Assembly (NCBI GenBank): GCA_027262695.1
Contig: GCA_027262695.1_4722.1
DNA length: 64,000 bases
Direction: 5' to 3' (one strand)
Origin: a phage
Under the pieces are notes generated by a model, which had not been told where the DNA came from, searched no databases, and saw nothing but the letters and a program-made list of their open reading frames with translations. Positions 56,541 to 64,000 of this stretch are shown here, one piece after another (within the stretch, counting starts at the first letter, position 1; the number at the start of each line of letters is the position of its first letter). The position numbers were made by a program, and so were the translations under genes.

Positions 56541-57446
56541 TCAGGCTACGTATAACGTTAGATAACCTTCAATGAGGGTGTTCATTACACTGAGTTGGAG
56601 AACGACAGCTTTACTAACATCCGTACGCACCCCGAACGGTAGCGTTTTGAAGTGCTCTGGATCCGTAATAACTTTCGCGTTTTGTAGGTTAAGCGATCCT
56701 GGTATCGCTGACAATACCCAACGATCGTTAACCGTCAGACCAACGATCTCTTCAGAAAGTCCTAACTTCAGAGTGTTCATTTCTGCAATCAGGGCTTCTG
56801 AATGCGCATCGCCCGATGTTAACGTGTAACCATCGGTTAACGCCGTCAACACCGCATCCGATACGAACCAGTTGTACGATACGATCGCACCTGGTAGCTT
56901 ATCGCTATCCCGATCGATGATGTAGTTAAGACCAGCTAACATGTTGTTACGGATGAGGTTGTTCAGGTCGTTATGACCTGATGTCAACTCAACAAGCAGT
57001 TGACCGACCCAGACTTGGTTACCGGGTTTCGGTGTTATTACAACCTGTATCGGCTGTCGGGATTTGTCCAGATCAGCATCAACGATTTCGGTTTTATTCA
57101 GCAGGATACCGTACGTTGAGGCTAAGACAGGCAATACCTCAGAAACCTTGGTCAGTGTATCTAAGGTTTCGATTTCTATCGGCCAACGATGTTGCCCACC
57201 AGACCAAATACCGAGTTTGCTAAGATCGATACGGTTGTAATAGATGTCGACGGAGTTCACGAGCCCGGAACCCGGTTGTGGGTGCACGGTCAACATACTG
57301 TTGCGTTTGTATCCCGTGCTTTCAGAAGCCTCACCGATAACCAGCTTATCCAGCGTCACACCCCGAGCATCGAAATCGCTATGTTTTCGAATCAGTCGGA
57401 AGAGAATTTCCTTTGATTCTAGCCCCAGGATTTCACTGTACTCCAT
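56541..57446 (-). CDS. structural-region paralog family member C
   Basis: DIYYNRIDL, LASTYGILL, QVWVGQLLV. Confidence 0.55.
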   Translation of the reverse strand: MEYSEILGLESKEILFRLIRKHSDFDARGVTLDKLVIGEASESTGYKRNSMLTVHPQPGSGLVNSVDIYYNRIDLSKLGIWSGGQHRWPIEIETLDTLTKVSEVLPVLASTYGILLNKTEIVDADLDKSRQPIQVVITPKPGNQVWVGQLLVELTSGHNDLNNLIRNNMLAGLNYIIDRDSDKLPGAIVSYNWFVSDAVLTALTDGYTLTSGDAHSEALIAEMNTLKLGLSEEIVGLTVNDRWVLSAIPGSLNLQNAKVITDPEHFKTLPFGVRTDVSKAVVLQLSVMNTLIEGYLTLYVA

Positions 57447-57461
57447 TTAACACCCCTTAGG

Positions 57462-58346
57462 TTACGGTAGGATTTCTGCACCGGTTGGACCTGCCTTACG
57501 GGCTTCCAACGCACCAAGGTCGTATTTCAACGTTAACGTATCGTTGGTGGTGTAGAGGTTGTGGTACGTTGAAATCAGGTCGGTAACTTGAGCTCCTACG
57601 ATTTCGTTCATATCGAAGTTGGAACCTTGACCGTCATCAGCACGAACGATTTTATCGCCCGCAGAGACTATTCCAATTTCAGAAATAACCGCGTACTCTT
57701 CACCACCCTCGGTGAGCTTAGCCACATTGCGGTATTCGTTAATATCCCACGGTGTCCAAACCAGAGACACCTTGCAGCTGTAATCGTAATACTCACCTGT
57801 CGCCACTAAAATTCCGGTGGTCGGAATATCCGGTCGTGGCGGGTTGAGGTTCACATCGGTGGGATGCCATTCGATGGTCTGAGCAACACCATCAATGTAT
57901 TTGGTATAACGCATGGAGCGGACAACGTTATCGAAATCGATGCGGCGACCGTAATAACAGATGTACTTTTTACCGCTTTCCAGCGTCTCGATACGCCGTA
58001 ACCCAAATTTAGCACGTTCGTCCGTGGTTAAATCGTTACCCACTTCACGCATTACAAATGGCTTGATCTTCCACGGTGAAAGATTGCTTGCTTCATGGGC
58101 GATCGGCATCGAGGAAGGGATACCGTTCGCATTACGGATGAATTCATGACCCAGGTTACCGATACAGAAGTAACGTACGGCAGGATTACCTTCAGGGTAG
58201 ATCTTCGCTTGGATCTGAAGTTTTTCGTTCAGGGTGCTATGTTCTTCCCACGCGTGAGGAAGTCCCAACGTCAGGTTGGTTTGTACTTGACCACCGATAA
58301 TCGTACGAACGATACGATCGGTAGCACGGATTTGTGTAGAAGCCAT
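57462..58346 (-). CDS. hypothetical structural protein, possible divergent member of the same family
   Basis: YICYYGRRIDF and VSLVWTPW loosely match family motifs. Confidence 0.45.
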   Translation of the reverse strand: MASTQIRATDRIVRTIIGGQVQTNLTLGLPHAWEEHSTLNEKLQIQAKIYPEGNPAVRYFCIGNLGHEFIRNANGIPSSMPIAHEASNLSPWKIKPFVMREVGNDLTTDERAKFGLRRIETLESGKKYICYYGRRIDFDNVVRSMRYTKYIDGVAQTIEWHPTDVNLNPPRPDIPTTGILVATGEYYDYSCKVSLVWTPWDINEYRNVAKLTEGGEEYAVISEIGIVSAGDKIVRADDGQGSNFDMNEIVGAQVTDLISTYHNLYTTNDTLTLKYDLGALEARKAGPTGAEILP

Positions 58347-58362
58347 GTCTTTTCCTATTTAA

Positions 58363-59214
58363 TCAGTTATATTGCATCAACAGGATACCGCCGTAGTTCG
58401 TGCAGTAATCTTGACTTAGTGTAACGATAACCGCATTAGCGAATGCTGGGTTAACCGGATAGCCCTGGGCGATAAGGTCGGTTGTTTTACCTGTTGCGAG
58501 CACGGTTGCCCCATACAGGTTGTTTTCGTCCTCACGACCGTTATAAACCCAAGGGGTTGGTGCAACGTTGTTGAATAAACTCACCAGTGCGCTTAAGTTA
58601 CTACCAACCTTTAATCCAGCAAGATCGGAACGGATGGCTGTACAATCAATAGCGTAACTGTAAACCAATGCCTGGATACGATTTGCGGTGTAGTACGGGA
58701 AATTGAGGCCGGTCATCACCGTGGTCTTCATCATCCCTGCAATATCGCGTGCGCTATCGAGAAGATAAAATTTAACACTCCCTGTCCAGGCTAATCCGGT
58801 TGTTTTCAATTCTACGACATGAGGGAACGGATATTCATCACCTCGAACAATCGGAGAATCAACGCAGCTTTCCTGATCGATAACGATTCCGTACGTTGAT
58901 TGGATCAGCGGGATAAGATCGTGCGTGGTTTTAACACCGGCATCGATTGCAAGCTTCGGCTCCATTCCCAAGAAGAAATCCTGGATTGGAATACGATCGT
59001 ACCATACGTAGCTGCTTTCACGGTACTGCGCTGGTGTTACGGTTGCCGAAGGCGATACTTTAGCGCGGGTATTTCGATTATACGCGTGGTTTCCGTTTTC
59101 AGCAACATCCGTGATATCAAGTGCATCGAAGTTAAAGTCGAAGTCAGGATTGGCTACCTGAATAAGTTCGGCGACCAGTACTTTAGGACTTTTGTTTAAC
59201 AATTTCTGACTCAT
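58363..59214 (-). CDS. structural-region paralog family member E
   Basis: YVWYDRIPI, LIQSTYGIVI, LAWTGSVKF. Confidence 0.55.
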   Translation of the reverse strand: MSQKLLNKSPKVLVAELIQVANPDFDFNFDALDITDVAENGNHAYNRNTRAKVSPSATVTPAQYRESSYVWYDRIPIQDFFLGMEPKLAIDAGVKTTHDLIPLIQSTYGIVIDQESCVDSPIVRGDEYPFPHVVELKTTGLAWTGSVKFYLLDSARDIAGMMKTTVMTGLNFPYYTANRIQALVYSYAIDCTAIRSDLAGLKVGSNLSALVSLFNNVAPTPWVYNGREDENNLYGATVLATGKTTDLIAQGYPVNPAFANAVIVTLSQDYCTNYGGILLMQYN

Positions 59215-59224
59215 TGTTTATTCC

Positions 59225-60160
59225 TTAGCCTTGTTCTTTCGGGGAACGGCCCTGAAGGCTTGCGGTATGCCCGTCGACATTATAATAGAAAATCAACGGA
59301 CCGCCAACAGCAGTACAGTAGTTTTCATCCAGACTGATTTCGATGCCGTATTGGTAACCTGCGCGAGCCGGGATACGTTCGCCTAACTCACCGTTGAAAT
59401 CCACCTTCGCGTTATACAGGTTGTATGGCGCTGTGTTATCGGTTAATACCCAACGATCGGTGGTCATTTCAGCCAGAAGGTCAGCAACCATCACATCGCT
59501 AACAACGGTACCTGTTACCAGCGAAGCCAAAAGCTCACCGTACTCAGACGTATCGCGACTGTAACTGTAGATTTCACCGCTTGCACGTACACCCTGTCCA
59601 AAGAACTTAAGACCGTCCAGCTCTTTGATCGCGATGATATCATCAAGATTCGGTACACGCGATTTCATCAGGATACGAACGCTCCCCGTCCAAGCCAGGC
59701 AACTAGATACGACGCGAAGCAACTGTCCGTTAACGGTATCCCAGTTAAGTTCATCGTTGACGATTTCTTCAGCTGTAAGGCCAAGACCGAAACGTTCCTT
59801 GATGATAGGCCAGATATCACGCATCTTGGTGGCGTCTGGCGCATCAATAAGAATAGGCGCTACGTTACGCAGATACGCGCCGATATTAATACGATCGTAA
59901 TACAGCGTCGTCGAACCTTCATAATCGTCTAACTCAGTAAGCTTAGCGGTTGCCGTTGCCGTAATCTGGGTGTCGCGCTCGTAGGCGCTTTGGTTAGTGG
60001 TTGGTGTTCCTAAAACCAATAATTCAGGTGTCAGGACGTGTTCTCCGTTCTGAGGTGGGTTATCGTGGTTGATAAGACCGTACACGAGATCGGATGAAGG
60101 TAAAGAGACGTCAACCGGGTAAAGTTCGGTGCCGTCAGTAGTTGTTACCGTATCACTCAC
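59225..60160 (-). CDS. structural-region paralog family member F
   Basis: TLYYDRINI, IIKERFGLGL, LAWTGSVRI. Confidence 0.55.
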   Translation of the reverse strand: MSDTVTTTDGTELYPVDVSLPSSDLVYGLINHDNPPQNGEHVLTPELLVLGTPTTNQSAYERDTQITATATAKLTELDDYEGSTTLYYDRINIGAYLRNVAPILIDAPDATKMRDIWPIIKERFGLGLTAEEIVNDELNWDTVNGQLLRVVSSCLAWTGSVRILMKSRVPNLDDIIAIKELDGLKFFGQGVRASGEIYSYSRDTSEYGELLASLVTGTVVSDVMVADLLAEMTTDRWVLTDNTAPYNLYNAKVDFNGELGERIPARAGYQYGIEISLDENYCTAVGGPLIFYYNVDGHTASLQGRSPKEQG

Positions 60161-60219
60161 GGTGGCCTCCTCGCCAGAAATTAGTTAAAAAAGAGTTTGC
60201 GATATGCTGCGCTATCACG

Positions 60220-62631
60220 TTAAGCATCCTCGGTAGGTAATGGTTTCACAATCAAACGATTGAGCGGATTCGATAGGCGCATACTGATAGGCTTATACGC
60301 AGCATGATTCGTTTCGCTCAATACAGCGGATCGGAAGCGACCTTCAACACGTTTATAGATTGGGTTTATCCAAAGACCCTGAAGACCCGGTTGACGGAAA
60401 CGTTGTTCGATAGGTTTAATCGGTTTCACGGTCAAACCACGTACCGCTTCTGACGGTATACGTTCGCTGATGTCGCGAGGCGCTCGACCTGGGAATGGAG
60501 CCAACCAGAGACCATCCAGCGGGTTCTTACGGAAACGCAACGAGATAGGATCGCTGATAACCTGCGCCCAGTATTGCGTGCTGAACCGTACCGTCTGGGT
60601 ATTCTCGTAACCGCTGCAATCGCACCAGGTGGGTTTCGGCGGGGCTTCTAAGCTCTCAACCGCGGATTCACGCCAGTTCGTCATTGGATTGTTATCATGG
60701 ACGAATTTGATAACTTCCGTAGCCTGGTTATCCGTATCGTGAACGTTTGCTTGTGCCCAGTCCTCCCACAGTTCTTCACTGCCGCTTACCAAACTTGAAC
60801 CGAGTCGAACGGCAATTTTGTTCAGTGGTTTGATCGGATCACTGTTGATTGTCTGGATAAAATGGATGGTGTAACTGCTCAGTGTCTTAAGCAGCTGTAG
60901 CATCCCGTATTGAATATCCTTAAGACTGGTAACGTCTTCCAAGTCTTGACCGGTGGCCTTCGTGAAGATATCGAGAGCCAGAATCCCTGCTTCTTCTTGA
61001 CTGATTGCGTCAAGTTCCCAATCCATCGCTAAGAACCATTCCTTGTAAAGCTGTCCAATACCGAAATCAACCCCAACGTCCATGTAGAAGTTTTCAACGA
61101 TCGCTTCAGCCATACCTCGAGCCTGGTAATGCTCCTGGAGCTGATACATGAACTGATGACGACGCCAACCCTGGTAAATTTCGGTAACGATGTTAAGAAA
61201 TTCCTCAGTACTGACGATAGGACGTAATGTCACCTGTTTATCTAAACACCACCAGATCAGTTTGTCAGGAATGATAACCGGATCGGTAATGCTACGAAGA
61301 TGCTCGAATGTCGGTAACGTTAAAACGCGGACGTGGTTAGCATGGATCTTAGGCACTTCAATCAGCGTCATACCCATCGAATAGTTCAGCAAATACAAGA
61401 ATAGCTTGTAGGCATCTTTCATCGACATGGTCATGGTATCACCCGTCACCGGGTTGGTGGTGGTTAACCGTGACTGATACATGCCGATGGAACTCAGATG
61501 GATCCATTCGTTGAGCAAGAAATCGTATTTCGGGTATAACTCACTGTCGGTAAGATCTTCCGCTTCACTTTCCAATACCTTGGTTGTTAAGGTATTATTG
61601 TCATGCATCGACATCTTCTCTATTGTGCGGTTAAGCTCGGTATAATACTCCGCTTCGTTATCCCGCGCTAGAGGGAACTGTTGTTGCATTACGGTGGTGA
61701 CCTTACGACGTACCGTCCCGTTACCAACGATCTCTTGAAGGTTAAGCGGTTTACGTTCCATGTAAACAGTGGGTTTTAACGTCTGAGGTATTTCGGAAGC
61801 GTCTTGTTTGATCGAAAACGCACCGATTGGAATGCCACGATCGGTTAATACCTTTTGAATGAGCTTATCGTAGTTTTCCGTTCTACCCATGTTCCTTTCG
61901 ACGTAAGCGATGTTACGATAGAACCAGAGCATTTGGGATTCTGTCATGTATCGCTTGAATCGATCAAGACCTTGATGGCTTGCCAGATAACTCCAGATAT
62001 GGAAGCTATGGGCATAATGGGTATGACAGTTTTCCCAACGAATACCTTTTATCATCTCAGGTATTTGTGTGAATAGAATAGCATATAACGCAGGCCAATG
62101 AAGCATATCGACGCTTTCATATGCCGGATGTTCCCAGCGTCTGAAGTAGTCGTCGATTTCTTGCTGTAATCGTGGAATAAGGTTGGCTTCGCGTGATTCA
62201 ACCTCACGGGTATCGTACCAGAGAATCTCGTGATTGCGTGCAGCAATGGCTTTCTCGATATCGATGGGGTTAAGGATACCCAAGATCAACATACGTTGTT
62301 CCGGGTACCGTGCAATTAGACGATTGAAATAATCTCCGCCGTACGCGTATTCCCTTGCGGTCATGCGGTGCCGTAGCATGTTTTCCTTGGTGAACTCGAT
62401 CTCTTCGAGCGTATCCAGGGAATTGACGGTCATCATTGTCTGACAAGGATGATACTCGCCAGCGAGATTCATGTAGTATAACCACGTGCGTGGGTCGTCC
62501 CCGACGGCCATCTGGTAGACTTCGGAAACCTTGAGGTTTAACCGTTCTGCCGTGATGTCGCTTTTAATAATCAGGGTGTCCGTTAGACGCTGCACGCTTT
62601 CCGAATAAAGCTGATAGTCAGTGTTGGACAC
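60220..62631 (-). CDS. large hypothetical protein (about 803 aa)
   Basis: ORF track 60220..62700 begins at TTG; GTG 62631 with GGAGGA 6 nt upstream preferred. Confidence 0.5.
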   Translation of the reverse strand: MSNTDYQLYSESVQRLTDTLIIKSDITAERLNLKVSEVYQMAVGDDPRTWLYYMNLAGEYHPCQTMMTVNSLDTLEEIEFTKENMLRHRMTAREYAYGGDYFNRLIARYPEQRMLILGILNPIDIEKAIAARNHEILWYDTREVESREANLIPRLQQEIDDYFRRWEHPAYESVDMLHWPALYAILFTQIPEMIKGIRWENCHTHYAHSFHIWSYLASHQGLDRFKRYMTESQMLWFYRNIAYVERNMGRTENYDKLIQKVLTDRGIPIGAFSIKQDASEIPQTLKPTVYMERKPLNLQEIVGNGTVRRKVTTVMQQQFPLARDNEAEYYTELNRTIEKMSMHDNNTLTTKVLESEAEDLTDSELYPKYDFLLNEWIHLSSIGMYQSRLTTTNPVTGDTMTMSMKDAYKLFLYLLNYSMGMTLIEVPKIHANHVRVLTLPTFEHLRSITDPVIIPDKLIWWCLDKQVTLRPIVSTEEFLNIVTEIYQGWRRHQFMYQLQEHYQARGMAEAIVENFYMDVGVDFGIGQLYKEWFLAMDWELDAISQEEAGILALDIFTKATGQDLEDVTSLKDIQYGMLQLLKTLSSYTIHFIQTINSDPIKPLNKIAVRLGSSLVSGSEELWEDWAQANVHDTDNQATEVIKFVHDNNPMTNWRESAVESLEAPPKPTWCDCSGYENTQTVRFSTQYWAQVISDPISLRFRKNPLDGLWLAPFPGRAPRDISERIPSEAVRGLTVKPIKPIEQRFRQPGLQGLWINPIYKRVEGRFRSAVLSETNHAAYKPISMRLSNPLNRLIVKPLPTEDA

Positions 62632-62700
62632 GATCGGTCCTCCAAGGAGCCAGTGTAAATGAACGATATAAATAAAGGGCGCGTCGCCCTCGAACGTCAA

Positions 62701-64000
62701 ATGAGCAATAATGACGTTGCGAAGGCACTCATGAACAAATTTGTCGCTCCTGCTCCGCAGTCACGTCTTTATAACACACGTGAAGCGGAAGGAGCGAGCG
62801 GTCGTTTCGGGTTAGTTGTTCCCGACCAGATGACGATGAACACGGTGACGCGTGCGACCGCAACAAACGTCGAGGATAATAAAAACATCCTCGAGTTGTT
62901 CCCTGAACTTAAACGCGTGATGCAGATCTATGTTGCCGCGTTGACGAACCCTAACGATCTTAAGACGGTCGAGATGTTCATCGACAGCGAAGATTTCCCC
63001 GGCAGAGTCGCAGAAATCGTTCAGCCGATGATCGATACCATCGACACGCATTTTAAGAATATCTATAAAATAAAGACGCTTATCCCTCGTATCATCGAAG
63101 ATGTCTTCTTTATCAAGGGCAGCTATAACTTCGTTGTTCTGCCTGAAAGCACGCTCGATCGTGCTATTAACGGCAACGGCCAACTGAAACTCGAAGAATA
63201 CGGATTTAAAAACAATCATTTCGCCAGCTGGGGGCTGCTGGGGAATGACAGCCGTATACGCAGTCAACATCAGTTACCGACAACGGTTTCGATGGAAGAT
63301 TATTTTTCAGGCGTTAACGAAACCATCCCGTACGATCCGGTTGTCCGTATCGATAGCATCAAGTTTACCAACACGATGCTCCGTGATAAAGACGGTAAAT
63401 TCATTGAAGCGAAGGTCGATATTCCGGATATGGTTACGGTTGTTGATAACCCAGACATCCTTCGCATGCCGATTTTACACCAACGTCGTGCGTCAACAGC
63501 CGTGCAACGTGCATTACGTGCAAACACCTTAGGCGGTAACGGCCTGGTGACGTTATCAGGCGATCCGACGCAAACCGCGAATCGACGTGAGCTGACACAA
63601 GAGCAAGTTAATGAGATCTGGAATAAACTAAACATCCAACGTCATACCAAGGTATCGCCTGTGTACGCACTAGCAACCCCGGATACCCTTGACCGTCAAA
63701 GTGTCGGTCATCCTGGTGTGATGCACGTACCACCTGAGTCATTAGAACCGGTTCATGCGCCTGGCGATCCAGAGAACCATATCGGTTATCTCGTCCAGCT
63801 GGATGAATTCGGTTACCCAGTACGTTTGGTTGAAGATGCTGCGTATTACAAACAGCTGGAAGGTCGACTGTCGAAGATCACGGCGGATATTGCCGGTACA
63901 TCAAGCAACGGAATGGCGAGTGAGATGATCGGGGCAGCGAAGAACATGGTTCAAGGTACGTCGTGTAACCAAGTCGATATGTCAGCGTTTGTCTCGTCGT
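62701..64000 (+). CDS. hypothetical protein, 5' part only (>430 aa, runs off window end)
   Basis: Frame from ATG 62701 (or ATG 62731 with GAAGG upstream) is open to position 64000 (checked codon by codon); not in ORF track because no stop in window. Confidence 0.6.
   Translation, partial: MSNNDVAKALMNKFVAPAPQSRLYNTREAEGASGRFGLVVPDQMTMNTVTRATATNVEDNKNILELFPELKRVMQIYVAALTNPNDLKTVEMFIDSEDFPGRVAEIVQPMIDTIDTHFKNIYKIKTLIPRIIEDVFFIKGSYNFVVLPESTLDRAINGNGQLKLEEYGFKNNHFASWGLLGNDSRIRSQHQLPTTVSMEDYFSGVNETIPYDPVVRIDSIKFTNTMLRDKDGKFIEAKVDIPDMVTVVDNPDILRMPILHQRRASTAVQRALRANTLGGNGLVTLSGDPTQTANRRELTQEQVNEIWNKLNIQRHTKVSPVYALATPDTLDRQSVGHPGVMHVPPESLEPVHAPGDPENHIGYLVQLDEFGYPVRLVEDAAYYKQLEGRLSKITADIAGTSSNGMASEMIGAAKNMVQGTSCNQVDMSAFVSS

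Noticed and set aside
62666-62673. T4-type late promoter TATAAATA upstream of the 62701 gene
   Set aside because: Single exact occurrence found by eye; not enough to infer a T4-like late transcription system.
62812-63635. ORF-track entries 62812..63270 (-), 63245..63532 (+), 63300..63635 (-)
   Set aside because: All overlap the much longer uninterrupted plus-strand frame 62701..64000 in other frames; treated as shadow ORFs.
1-64000. CRISPR array, integrase or transposase, rRNA
   Set aside because: No regularly spaced direct repeats with unique spacers, no tyrosine or serine recombinase motifs, and no rRNA-like conserved sequence seen anywhere in the window.

Overview
This 64 kb window reads as a contiguous segment of a large, virulent-type tailed phage genome, probably infecting an enterobacterium (E. 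coli-like codon bias in one gene, a Gram-negative-type GH108 endolysin). Coding density is high, mostly on the minus strand, with compact operons and 4-nt ATGA overlaps. Modules from left to right: (1) 1-4518, a large minus-strand gene region interrupted by what looks like a group I self-splicing intron (P, Q, R and S core elements all present at 2624-2974); (2) 4692-13554, two large plus-strand virion genes, the first a 2223-aa protein with a GH19-like muralytic domain and a glycine-rich hydrophobic segment; (3) 13.6-43.6 kb, DNA metabolism, recombination and accessory genes (RecA-superfamily ATPase beside a DUF2493-like protein, an RNase H fusion, thymidylate kinase, a RuvC-like resolvase, a Rad50/SbcC-like ATPase with a CxxC hook, membrane proteins, and two sets of tandem paralogs including a triplicated ~270-aa family); (4) 43.6-44.6 kb, an AT-rich non-coding region with two classes of short repeats and a composite palindrome; (5) 44.6-62.6 kb, a structural and lysis block with three tail-fibre genes carrying repeated NPH..TKAQVGLGNV motifs (one with a C-terminal S74-type chaperone), a GH108 endolysin, and a 5-6 member paralog family, one member of which is strongly codon-optimised. 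Long open frames run off both window edges and are absent from the ORF track. No tRNA, rRNA, CRISPR array, integrase or reverse transcriptase was recognised. All functional calls are motif-level readings by eye; no database search was run.
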